From positions 1 through 64,000 of the IMG/VR virus record IMGVR_UViG_3300012178_000001: a DNA stretch of 64,000 nt, one strand, 5' to 3'. Shown in pieces: positions 40,557-50,284 of the stretch (positions are counted from its first letter, which is position 1; the number at the start of each line of letters is the position of its first letter). Position numbers and translations under genes: made by a program. The notes beneath the pieces were generated by a model. It did no database searches. It saw only the letters and a program-made list of their open reading frames with translations, and was not told where the DNA came from. The stretch is from a virus.

Positions 40557-41303
40557 ATGGAATGGGTTAAAAGAAAAGAAGGAAAATTTGGTGCAGATAC
40601 TAATATAATCGACAAGAAGATAAAAGATACTGTATTTCACATTGGTACATTACGTGTTGAAGAAGCTAAAGCAGTATCTAAAGAAAGAGCGAACAGAAAG
40701 AATAAGGCTATTTCTAAACAACTTACTGTTCTTTCTAATTTGGAAAAGGAAAAAGAGAGTTCTAAGAATACAATACTTGTAATCTCTGGACCAAGCGGTT
40801 GCGGTAAGAGTTACTTAGTACAAAGTTTAGTAAATAATAGACCTGACTTATTCCATAATCTCCCTCAGGCTACATCTAGAGAAAGAAGACACCCAGATGA
40901 AAATGGGTATCTTTTTTTGCAACCACAAACATTTAGTAGGATAAGGGAGACACTTATTGGAAGAACTTCTCATAATGATAACCACTATGGAACATTCCCT
41001 GACTTCAAGGATAATTTCATCAATACTATTATCTTATCAAAAGGTGGTTTAGAAGATTTATATAATTGCCTTGATGATGAAAAAATATATGCTAATGTAA
41101 TTGTACTAGGGATTGATGCTAATATGGATATAATTCCTGATAGTGCTAAGAGAGAAGGAAGAGATAAAGACTTTTTAGAAAGAGAAAGACGTGTGTTAGA
41201 CATGGCACATTATGTATATGAAAGAAAGGATGAAACAGATTATCCAACAGTTGAAAGTGTAGTAGAATTATTATCTAACTTATCATCTGATTATATATTA
41301 TAA
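40557..41303 (+). CDS. Guanylate-kinase-like nucleotide kinase
   Basis: ISGPSGCGKS P-loop, TSRERR..DE.GY.F, HYGT. Confidence 0.8.
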   Translation: MEWVKRKEGKFGADTNIIDKKIKDTVFHIGTLRVEEAKAVSKERANRKNKAISKQLTVLSNLEKEKESSKNTILVISGPSGCGKSYLVQSLVNNRPDLFHNLPQATSRERRHPDENGYLFLQPQTFSRIRETLIGRTSHNDNHYGTFPDFKDNFINTIILSKGGLEDLYNCLDDEKIYANVIVLGIDANMDIIPDSAKREGRDKDFLERERRVLDMAHYVYERKDETDYPTVESVVELLSNLSSDYIL

Positions 41304-41310
41304 CAGTGAG

Positions 41311-42135
41311 GTGTTTATTATGATAAAATATATTAAAGAAAGATGGATAGTATACCTTTTGGTATTACTATCCATTTTCCAAATCGCATTCTTAATGAGG
41401 TCTGGACAAGTGGAGTATTCAGTCAAGGAACATAAAATTGAAACTGAGAATAGTTTTAGTGGTGTATCAGAGGGTATGAAAAAATTAGATAATTCAATAA
41501 AAGAATTAGAAGGGGAGGTTAAAGAACTTCAGGAAGTCAACGATGAGTTAGGTTATAAAATTGGTGAGACTAGAAAAATGGTATTAGGTGTATACAAAAC
41601 TACTGGTAAATTATTACTAGATACGATACCGATAGAAGAAAAGTTATACATGAATTCAGAGTTAACACCTGAAACAATCAAATCAACTAATGTGTACTTA
41701 GGAGAACCATCCTATTATACTGCTAAAGAATTAAATCTATTCTTATTAGGTACAAGTATGAGTGGAATGGGTAGTACATTTGTTGAAGCTGAAATTAGAT
41801 ATGGTGTGAATTCAGCAGTATTAATGTCAATAGCTATACATGAATCTGGTTGGGGTAATTCTCAAATAGCACTACTTAAGAATAATCTATTTGGTTTTAA
41901 GGCATATGATGATAGTCCATTTGCCAGTGCTGAAGATTTTGAGACATCACGAAAAGGTATAATGTTAGTAGCACGAAATCTTAAAAAGGAATATATATTA
42001 GAAAGTGGTAGTTATTATAGAAACAATGCATCATTATATGATATGAATTATTATTATGCTTCTGATAAATTATGGAGTTTCAAAATAACTAATACACTTA
42101 AAAAATTTATGGAGAGTGTGGAAGAGAGGAATTAA
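41311..42135 (+). CDS. Membrane-anchored GH73 glucosaminidase
   Basis: N-terminal TM and coiled coil; SIAIHESGWG, KNNLFGF, YASDKLW. Confidence 0.85.
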   Translation: MFIMIKYIKERWIVYLLVLLSIFQIAFLMRSGQVEYSVKEHKIETENSFSGVSEGMKKLDNSIKELEGEVKELQEVNDELGYKIGETRKMVLGVYKTTGKLLLDTIPIEEKLYMNSELTPETIKSTNVYLGEPSYYTAKELNLFLLGTSMSGMGSTFVEAEIRYGVNSAVLMSIAIHESGWGNSQIALLKNNLFGFKAYDDSPFASAEDFETSRKGIMLVARNLKKEYILESGSYYRNNASLYDMNYYYASDKLWSFKITNTLKKFMESVEERN

Positions 42136-42137
42136 TT

Positions 42138-42392
42138 ATGAAAAGAGTGTTTATCAAACATTTTTATTTCATTATGGTATTTTTATGTGTTGGAATTGGG
42201 GCATTTATTTACATGTTAGTTTTACTGCCTGATGAACTCATTACTAAAAATTTACAGTATGCATCAATGGCTCTTACTATTGCAATGACTACAATAGCAT
42301 CAAATAGCTTTGAAGATAAATACAGAACCATGCATATTGAAGATATGGAGAAAGAAGACCATTATATGGATATTGAGGATAGACTTTTATGA
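42138..42392 (+). CDS. Small two-TM membrane protein
   Basis: Two hydrophobic segments; GAGGA RBS. Confidence 0.65.
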   Translation: MKRVFIKHFYFIMVFLCVGIGAFIYMLVLLPDELITKNLQYASMALTIAMTTIASNSFEDKYRTMHIEDMEKEDHYMDIEDRLL

Positions 42393-43168
42393 GCAATATA
42401 ATACAAAAACATAATTATACAAATAAATATATTCAACACTTAAAGAATACAACTATAAGGGAATATGATATTGAAGATGGTGGATTTAGTATTCTTAAAT
42501 ATAAAGAGTTACTACCTAAAGAATTCGAAAATTATCTAAGTTCCATACCTAAACAACAACGTCATAGAGAAGTAGGTAAGTATGTATCTAAACATAGAGA
42601 TATTTCTATAGAACTTATAGAAGGGTTTAAAGATGTTAGAGAACGCTTTTATGAGTTAAATGAACTTGATGATAGTGATATCTTATCAATTAAAAAGGAT
42701 GCTATATTCTTGATTGATAAGAAGGTTGAGATAGAAGAATTTAATACGTTTAATTTTAGAATGAAAAATAAATACTCATCATATATAAATCTAAGTGGTA
42801 TTGAATTTTATTATTCTACTTGGAATGATACTCTAGATATAAAGGGAATATCGGGTGAAGTATTAGAATTTCATAAAGATTATATGATTGATGCTATTAA
42901 AGATGTTATAAAATTATCTGAAAGCATGGACAAAAGGAATATACTTAAGATCTTAAGAAGATTTAGAGGTGAATATATAAATTTAAACTTACCAGTAGAG
43001 TTTTATAAGGAACTATCATCAAATAGCTTCTATAGATATAAGAATGATTTACAGTTAGGTGATAGGAAGTTTGGAACAGATGTAGCATCTGATGATATGA
43101 GAGAACTATTGAATATTAACTACAACTATATCAACTTTATTCTACCATTGATAAATATAATAATATAG
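42389..43168 (+). CDS. Divergent family-B DNA-polymerase palm-like protein
   Basis: IREYDI...GFSI (motif A-like), ILSIKKDAIF (motif C-like), LDIKGI. Confidence 0.45.
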   Translation: MSNIIQKHNYTNKYIQHLKNTTIREYDIEDGGFSILKYKELLPKEFENYLSSIPKQQRHREVGKYVSKHRDISIELIEGFKDVRERFYELNELDDSDILSIKKDAIFLIDKKVEIEEFNTFNFRMKNKYSSYINLSGIEFYYSTWNDTLDIKGISGEVLEFHKDYMIDAIKDVIKLSESMDKRNILKILRRFRGEYINLNLPVEFYKELSSNSFYRYKNDLQLGDRKFGTDVASDDMRELLNINYNYINFILPLINIII

Positions 43169-43233
43169 ATATTTAAATAAATAAAGTTAACTAATTATTA
43201 TAGAGATAATAGAAATTTAAGAAAGGTGATAAA

Positions 43234-43605
43234 ATGAAAAGTAATGAAAAAGAATTATTAGAAGGAAATGTAGATAAGTTAAAGAACTTAGACACAAGTA
43301 ATTTAAGCTTAGAAGATGACTTTGGCAACTTACGTATATTCCATAATCCAGATGAAGCACTAGTAATAGCAGGTAGACTTCAAAAACAGAATGAAGATAT
43401 CTTATATTGTGAACTCAACTCAGGTTATTCATTAGAGCATGGAGAATTTATTACAATTAATCCAGTCTATAGAAAAAATAAAAAACAAAGGTTAAAAGAA
43501 TTTCCTGAACTTACTCTAAAGGCTGTATGGGTACAAATGCTAGAGGAAGCAAAATTGTTAGAAGAAAAATTAGAAGAATTGAATGGGGATGATAAAAATG
43601 ATTAA
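43234..43605 (+). CDS. Hypothetical protein
   Basis: AAAGGTGA RBS; AACT-N6-TA variant promoter 43189-43200. Confidence 0.7.
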   Translation: MKSNEKELLEGNVDKLKNLDTSNLSLEDDFGNLRIFHNPDEALVIAGRLQKQNEDILYCELNSGYSLEHGEFITINPVYRKNKKQRLKEFPELTLKAVWVQMLEEAKLLEEKLEELNGDDKND

Positions 43606-43912
43606 CGTTACAGAAGAAGTGCTAGATGGAATGATTACAGAAGTTGAGGCAAGAATAGAGAATGCAAGAGAGAAATATCAAAATAATGCTGATATGATTG
43701 AAGCTATTAGAAATGATGCTGAAAAGAGAATTAGTGAGCTATCACAAGCTAATACTAATCTTAATAATAGTTTCATTCACTTAAATGGTCAGTTAGAATT
43801 ATTAATTTCAATGAAAGATAATGATGACAAGGTTAGTGAAGAACCAACACCTTCAATTGATGAAGATATTAATGATACTGGAGAGCCTACAAAAGAAGCT
43901 GAGAGTAAATAA
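43598..43912 (+). CDS. Coiled-coil hypothetical protein
   Basis: Heptad pattern and acidic tail; terminator 43923-43960. Confidence 0.65.
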   Translation: MINVTEEVLDGMITEVEARIENAREKYQNNADMIEAIRNDAEKRISELSQANTNLNNSFIHLNGQLELLISMKDNDDKVSEEPTPSIDEDINDTGEPTKEAESK

Positions 43913-44042
43913 TAATTAAATTGAACTAATATCCTTTCGGGTATTAGTTCTTTTTTTTTTCGTAAATAATGGCATTCTACTTATATATTATAATAATGAT
44001 AAAATAAATATAAGTCATTATAAACTATAAAGGAGTGTTATT

Positions 44043-44747
44043 ATGAAATTTACAAAAAGAGATTGGTTAGTAGTTGGATTAGTAATTGTTGTATTATCAG
44101 TATCAATAAATATAATAAGTAATATACAAGAAAAGAAGATACTAGAAAATGGTAGAGTATTAAGTAATAGTAGAACTAGTGAACAACCTATATTTGCCAT
44201 TGGTAATAATAGTAATGTTGAAGAAGATGAAGTGGAAGAAATTATCGTTGAAATAAGTTCTAGAAGTTATTATGAAAGTTATATTAAGTCTCATAGTAAT
44301 ATATCAGATAGTGAATTAAAAGAATTATTAGATTCTATAGACTCAGTATATAATATGTATAATAAAAATATTCCTAAGTCTTTAATTTTATCTATAATTC
44401 AAACAGAAACAGACTTTAGAAATATATATTCAACTTTTGAGAGTGAAGACAGTGCTGGATTTGTACAAATGCAATCATCAACAATAAACTATTTATATAA
44501 TACCGTTCACGGACTACCAAGGATAAATTCACAAGATGAGTTTATAAATAATATTGATGCACAAATAAAGTACATCTTTGCATATATCAATGTGTCAAAT
44601 GAAAAGTATGGTAGTCTACCCGACTGTGTTATATCATCATATAATACTGGACTATATGCAAATTTTATTAATGAGACATATGTTAATGAGACATTACAAC
44701 ATAAATCTAAATTAGAAAAGCATATGAGTGTAGCATTAAATAGATAA
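44043..44747 (+). CDS. Membrane-anchored lytic transglycosylase (SLT-like)
   Basis: N-terminal TM; IIQTETDF, SAGFVQM and SSYNTG motifs; early promoter 43982-43998. Confidence 0.8.
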   Translation: MKFTKRDWLVVGLVIVVLSVSINIISNIQEKKILENGRVLSNSRTSEQPIFAIGNNSNVEEDEVEEIIVEISSRSYYESYIKSHSNISDSELKELLDSIDSVYNMYNKNIPKSLILSIIQTETDFRNIYSTFESEDSAGFVQMQSSTINYLYNTVHGLPRINSQDEFINNIDAQIKYIFAYINVSNEKYGSLPDCVISSYNTGLYANFINETYVNETLQHKSKLEKHMSVALNR

Positions 44748-44763
44748 AGAAATTAATCTTTAT

Positions 44764-45462
44764 CTATTTTTTTTTTGACTTGCTATAATCAATAAGACTA
44801 ATGGGTTCTAGCTTACTATTAGTTTGAATATCAATATCAAGAAATCCATTATCTGTACTATCATCAGTTGTAGACATTTCTACTAACTTATTAAATTTTT
44901 TTATATCTGATAAACTTATATCCTTTAAATATGACTTTACAAATTTACTGATGTTTCCAAATATCTGCTTTAAGTTTATGAATAGATCTCCTTGGTGAGC
45001 TAACTCATGAGATGTAATTGATAATGGAACTACACCCACCATATGTTGAAAATGTAAATCCATAACTTCTTGTGCCACTAATAACGTACTGACCTTTTCT
45101 TTATTATTTAAACGTTTTTTAAGTACTATGGTTACTATATCATATAGGCTAAATGGATAATGATGGAACTCTATTGATGCCATATCATCATCTACTTTCC
45201 CCATTACAGCACAGAAATCTAATTGATAATCTTCTTTTAGAATAGAAAGATATTCTCTATAAGGCTGTGATTGTCTTACTATTGACTCTACTTTCTTTAC
45301 GAATCTCTTAAATTCTTTTGCATCATATATAGAAGTTGTATAATATGAACTAGCAAATATATCATCTTTTGATTTACCTATAGATAGATTTTCATCCTTA
45401 TCTACAGTAGTTATATCAACTATATTGTTGTTACTTGGTATTTTACTCTTATCTATTGCCAT
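44764..45462 (-). CDS. HNH-like fold protein (paralogue of 37296-38009)
   Basis: IEFHHYPFSLYD...GVVPLSITSHELAH; late promoter 45498-45509 (-). Confidence 0.55.
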   Translation of the reverse strand: MAIDKSKIPSNNNIVDITTVDKDENLSIGKSKDDIFASSYYTTSIYDAKEFKRFVKKVESIVRQSQPYREYLSILKEDYQLDFCAVMGKVDDDMASIEFHHYPFSLYDIVTIVLKKRLNNKEKVSTLLVAQEVMDLHFQHMVGVVPLSITSHELAHQGDLFINLKQIFGNISKFVKSYLKDISLSDIKKFNKLVEMSTTDDSTDNGFLDIDIQTNSKLEPISLIDYSKSKKK

Positions 45463-45587
45463 AACTGACCTCCTAAGTGTAATTCTTATTCACATGTTAA
45501 TTAAATGTTAATGTTGAGTTTTGTTATTTTTATTTTAATGTGAACATTTTAATAATAGTGTTAATTGAAAGGAAGGAGTTGTATACT

Positions 45588-48086
45588 TTGTCTGAATATT
45601 TAATAGACGATAATAAGAGTGAAATAAAAGAATTAATAAATTTCTGTTCAAACATAGTTATAAAAAGAGAAGATAAGGCTGAAGAAAAAGAAACATTTGA
45701 AAGTTCTAAGAAAGCATATACATTGATTGATGCAATTCTTAAAACAGATTCAATAGATTCATATAACATATCAGAAGAAGACTTGTTAGAACCTGAATTA
45801 AATACTAAGTCAATGATGATGGGTGTTAGACTAGATTTTAGGAAATATAAATTTGATACATTGTCTAGGAAGCAGTTAGATGTATTATTAGAGTTCAAGA
45901 GATTTCAGGTATACTCAGTATTTATGGAATATGGTGATGCAAATGAGTATTATAATAATATTTATAATGAATATATTAAAGGTCCAGATACTCTAATATA
46001 TGATACATTTAAGGAATTTGTAGAGGGTACAAGATACTGTTTTTTTGTAGATGCAAGGTTAGCTAAGAACTATTCTATATTGTATAATGATGGGAGTCTA
46101 AATAACTATCAAATATCTCAATTTATGAAATCATATAACTTTGCAAGAACATACTTTAGTAGAGTACTTTATAATAATGCATTTGATGAGAATAACCCAA
46201 TGTATACTAATTTTGCATCATTGGTTATAGTATTTATAGCCATTCAATACTACATGGATGATAGGTTAAAATATTCATCTGATGTTAATCTTATGACATT
46301 ATATGATATTAAAAACTTATTTATATCATATGGTCTTGACTACTTTTCAGATATGTCAATGAGATACCAAAAAAGTATACTTAAAAATATAAATTCATTA
46401 CTACAAGATAAAGGTACTTCAAAGGCTATAACGAGCATTCTAAATATCTTTGGATTTGATAATGTTGAGATATTTAAGTACGTATTAACTAAAGATTATG
46501 ACCGTGATGTTGATGGTAATATAATAATAAATAATCCTAAGCTAGAGTTTGTAAAGATACCTTACGATAGTACTAATATTCAGAAAGATATACTAAAGAA
46601 TTCTGAAAGATTTGACTATGATACATTTGTTACTGATGATAAGTACTGGCAGATAACAGAAGAAGAAAAACAGACACTATTAACCTCAGAGTTTAACTAT
46701 ATTGAAACTAAATATTTAAGTATTGATAGCACGCTTAATATTATCAAGAATACATTGGATTTATCATACTTCTATGGACTGCTTAAAGATATGAAACAGA
46801 ATGGAAACTTAGAAGATGTTACTTTTTTTGATAATCAAATATCAGATAACCGTGTAAATATATTTGATTCTATAACTGGTTTAAAGGTATTATTACTTCA
46901 AAAGTTAGGATATGTAGATAATATAATAACTAACAATAATTCTATTTCATATATTTATGAATACAATTATGATAAGATACTAGGATCTATAACTTTACGT
47001 GACTATTCAACTATAAATCCGACATTAAGTGGTACTCTAGATGAAGAAACTATAAATAAATATCGTGACAGTTTTTTATCGGAGTTAATAGAAGATAAGG
47101 TATTCACTAAAAGTGAATTAATTGACTTATTTGTAAATAACAAGGATATGATGAGTCAATTAGGGGATATGATAATCAATACTGGAGATTATGACACGTA
47201 TAGGGAACTTAGAACATTATATGACTTATCTGCTAAATCTGAGGTAAATAATGATAATTTTATAAAAGAAGTTGTAGGTGGAGAACCTGTATATTATTCT
47301 ACATTTAGTGAATATTTCTTAACTGTTGATTCTTCATTCCATGAGTTTTTATATCCAGGTCAAGACACTACTGAGGAGGTATATAATCAAAAGATACTAT
47401 TGCTTAGTAATACTATTAATAGATATCTAAACACTGATGCTATTGAACTGATAGAGAATAACAATACAATATCTCTAAATTATGTTAAAAACTACATGCT
47501 TAGACTTATTGACCTATTCAGATCATATACAGTAACTGTAAAGGAGTTAACTACTAATTATGTATTTGATAGTAAGCTACTAAATGCTATCAGAATATTT
47601 GATGAAGGTACACCTTTAATAACCTTGGGTCATCCTGAGTTTAATGATATGTATGATAATACTATGCATGAAAATAATATTTCTAGTGTAGATATAAATC
47701 TTAAGGAACTAAGTGATATGATGTTAGCAGTAACTACAATGTTTCCTAAGATTAATTTGAATATAATTGAAGATTGGAATAATGAAACATATGTTGAATT
47801 TAAGAATAGTGAAGAATATATTAAATTTGTTGAAGATAAATTATACGATATAGGATTATTTGATGAAGATGGTATGACGTTGCTTGAAAAATTTGATTCA
47901 TTAACTAACTCAATAACTTATGAACAAATATTAGAACTTAAAGAATTATTCCCTAGTGTAATTAAAGTCCTTAATTCATCTTTACTGGGAGAATTAAATG
48001 ATAAATTGGGAAGTGAACAAAAAATTAATATACTTGCAAATATGATGAAGATGAGCGAAAGCTTTAAATTGACTACTACTGAATAG
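45588..48086 (+). CDS. Baseplate wedge protein (gp7 / P2 I-like)
   Basis: TTG start after GGAAGGAG; ILKNINSLLQDKGTSKAI..ILNIFG motif; late promoter 45543-45554. Confidence 0.6.
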   Translation: MSEYLIDDNKSEIKELINFCSNIVIKREDKAEEKETFESSKKAYTLIDAILKTDSIDSYNISEEDLLEPELNTKSMMMGVRLDFRKYKFDTLSRKQLDVLLEFKRFQVYSVFMEYGDANEYYNNIYNEYIKGPDTLIYDTFKEFVEGTRYCFFVDARLAKNYSILYNDGSLNNYQISQFMKSYNFARTYFSRVLYNNAFDENNPMYTNFASLVIVFIAIQYYMDDRLKYSSDVNLMTLYDIKNLFISYGLDYFSDMSMRYQKSILKNINSLLQDKGTSKAITSILNIFGFDNVEIFKYVLTKDYDRDVDGNIIINNPKLEFVKIPYDSTNIQKDILKNSERFDYDTFVTDDKYWQITEEEKQTLLTSEFNYIETKYLSIDSTLNIIKNTLDLSYFYGLLKDMKQNGNLEDVTFFDNQISDNRVNIFDSITGLKVLLLQKLGYVDNIITNNNSISYIYEYNYDKILGSITLRDYSTINPTLSGTLDEETINKYRDSFLSELIEDKVFTKSELIDLFVNNKDMMSQLGDMIINTGDYDTYRELRTLYDLSAKSEVNNDNFIKEVVGGEPVYYSTFSEYFLTVDSSFHEFLYPGQDTTEEVYNQKILLLSNTINRYLNTDAIELIENNNTISLNYVKNYMLRLIDLFRSYTVTVKELTTNYVFDSKLLNAIRIFDEGTPLITLGHPEFNDMYDNTMHENNISSVDINLKELSDMMLAVTTMFPKINLNIIEDWNNETYVEFKNSEEYIKFVEDKLYDIGLFDEDGMTLLEKFDSLTNSITYEQILELKELFPSVIKVLNSSLLGELNDKLGSEQKINILANMMKMSESFKLTTTE

Positions 48087-48106
48087 AATGAAAGGGGACA
48101 CATAAA

Positions 48107-48847
48107 ATGAAGAAAGTTTTTAAAGATGATTATAATAGTATAAACGAGGAAATGAGTATGGATAGTGTTAGCAAGCCATCAATTAGGGGTAAAGTAAGGT
48201 TTCTAGATGATGAAGGTAATGTTATTCTAGAAAAAGATAACTTAATAGTATTACGTGGACGTGTATTTGCACTAGAAAAATTATTTAATGATATGAATAC
48301 TGAAGGTTCTTATGTAACAAATAATAATCGTGAGTTAATATTATTTAAAATAGGTACTGGTGGTGCACCTGAGAATGATCCATTCCAGCCATATACACCA
48401 AGCTTTGATGACACTGATTTAGCTAGTCCAATTCCATTCAAAGTTGTTGATGCGAATGATACTAATACAACCTTAACAACTGAGGAACAAGATATTTATT
48501 ATGACTCTAAATTGAATGAAATTGATACTACTTTAACTGAGTTTTATTGTAAAAGATTTGATGTTATTGATCCTGTATGGAATATTGATACTGTTAATAA
48601 TGAGGTTTATAAGAAAATGATTTTAAAGATAAATACTACAGACTTTAGAACAGTACCAACGGGAAATCCAGAACAACCTTATACAAGAGATGCAAATATA
48701 AATGAATTAGGTTTATACTTTGCTTCTTATAATGATACTACTAATGAAATGGAAGACATTGAAATGTTTAGTAGATTAACATTCTCAACTGAGCCATTAA
48801 CAAACTTAAGTAAGACAGTTACAATTGAATATTATATCTTTGGTTAA
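48107..48847 (+). CDS. Baseplate / tail-fibre attachment protein
   Basis: KDNLIVLRGR, FKIGTGG, INELGLY, MFSRLTF, TIEYYI. Confidence 0.6.
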   Translation: MKKVFKDDYNSINEEMSMDSVSKPSIRGKVRFLDDEGNVILEKDNLIVLRGRVFALEKLFNDMNTEGSYVTNNNRELILFKIGTGGAPENDPFQPYTPSFDDTDLASPIPFKVVDANDTNTTLTTEEQDIYYDSKLNEIDTTLTEFYCKRFDVIDPVWNIDTVNNEVYKKMILKINTTDFRTVPTGNPEQPYTRDANINELGLYFASYNDTTNEMEDIEMFSRLTFSTEPLTNLSKTVTIEYYIFG

Positions 48848-48914
48848 TTAGTTATAACTTCCCATTCTCTTTCACAGGGGATGGGAATTTATTATATTTT
48901 AAGAGGTGATTTAA

Positions 48915-49484
48915 ATGAGTAAGGGAAGGGTATGGTTTTCAGCAGATTTACATTTAGGTTCAGAGAGGACTTTAACATTATCTAAGAGACCTTTTGAATC
49001 AGTAGATGAAATGAATGAAACGATTATAAGCAATTGGAATTCAGTAGTTAGGGAAGATGATGTTTGTTATATAGTGGGTGATATTGGAGATCTTGAAATA
49101 GCTAGAAAATTAAATGGGAAGTTAGTCTTGATAACAGGTAATTACGAGGAAGATGATATACAAGCTAATTACTATGGTAATAAATACCACTATATAGATA
49201 CGCTTAAGGAAAATGGATTCCATAAAGTATTTCATGAATGGTATAGATTCTTTGATAAGAATTATGAGAATAGAATGTATCTTACACATAAGCCTAGTGA
49301 TTGTAAAAGCCATGAATTTAATTTATTTGGTCATGTTCATAAGCTTTCAATGATAAAGTCTTTTGGTTTAAATGTAGGAACCGACTGTCATAACTTCTTT
49401 CCAATCGATATGGACACTGTTTTATTCTATAAAAAGGCTATTGAAGAATTTTATGATGATGAAGTATTTATGAGTAAACTATAG
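48915..49484 (+). CDS. Calcineurin-like metallophosphoesterase
   Basis: SADLHLG, VGDIG, TGNYE, LTH, FGHVH, NVGTD. Confidence 0.85.
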   Translation: MSKGRVWFSADLHLGSERTLTLSKRPFESVDEMNETIISNWNSVVREDDVCYIVGDIGDLEIARKLNGKLVLITGNYEEDDIQANYYGNKYHYIDTLKENGFHKVFHEWYRFFDKNYENRMYLTHKPSDCKSHEFNLFGHVHKLSMIKSFGLNVGTDCHNFFPIDMDTVLFYKKAIEEFYDDEVFMSKL

Positions 49485-49498
49485 AGAAAGGACTTAAT

Positions 49499-50272
49499 AT
49501 GAATGAACAAGAGAGAGTATTACTCCAAAATGAGAGAAAAATAAATAATATATTTATAGAGTGTAGAGAGTTAATGAATGATATGATTATACATGAACAC
49601 ACTATAATCATGAATGAAGGAACTTCTAGCGATATTGACTTTATCCAATTCAATGAATCTATTGATGGTATCAAGGAAGTATTTAAAGATATTTTTAGGT
49701 CAATATATGCTTCACTAGTTCTAATAAGCACACTAAATGATAAAATGGGTAATAAAGCAATTGATAAGTTGTATAAATTAGAAGATGAAACACCATTACA
49801 CGGGTCTGAGTTAAACTATGTAAGAAACGCTTATGAAGATATATCTAAATCATTTGAATTTCATATAAAAGATATAGAGGGTACTATTAAGACTAAAAAA
49901 CTTAGAGGTGAGAAGAATAATAAAAACTATGAATTCTATATTAAGACTCTAAGTAAAATTCACGTCCAATTTGACAGTTATTTCAGTAATATAACCACAG
50001 ATTCACCTATGACTAAGAATACAGCATTACACTCAATCAACGAATTGTCTTCAGATATTAGAAATATTGTAGCTGAAATTGAAGGGTGGGTTAATGAATT
50101 ACAGAATGAGATTGCACTTATTGACCGTAAGAAAGAGAAAAATAATAAACCTATGTATATAAAAACTATAAATGAGAAGAGTCTAAGAGAAGAACTTATT
50201 CTTGTTAGTAGTATTCAATTTTATATTAAGAATTTAATTAAAACTCTATATAGTTTAGTAAATGAATTATAA
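49499..50272 (+). CDS. Putative virion protein with propeptide
   Basis: N-terminus rich in x-x-E motifs (MNE, IHE, FNE); cotranscribed with the RNAP subunit. Confidence 0.55.
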   Translation: MNEQERVLLQNERKINNIFIECRELMNDMIIHEHTIIMNEGTSSDIDFIQFNESIDGIKEVFKDIFRSIYASLVLISTLNDKMGNKAIDKLYKLEDETPLHGSELNYVRNAYEDISKSFEFHIKDIEGTIKTKKLRGEKNNKNYEFYIKTLSKIHVQFDSYFSNITTDSPMTKNTALHSINELSSDIRNIVAEIEGWVNELQNEIALIDRKKEKNNKPMYIKTINEKSLREELILVSSIQFYIKNLIKTLYSLVNEL

Positions 50273-50284
50273 GGAAGTGATAAT

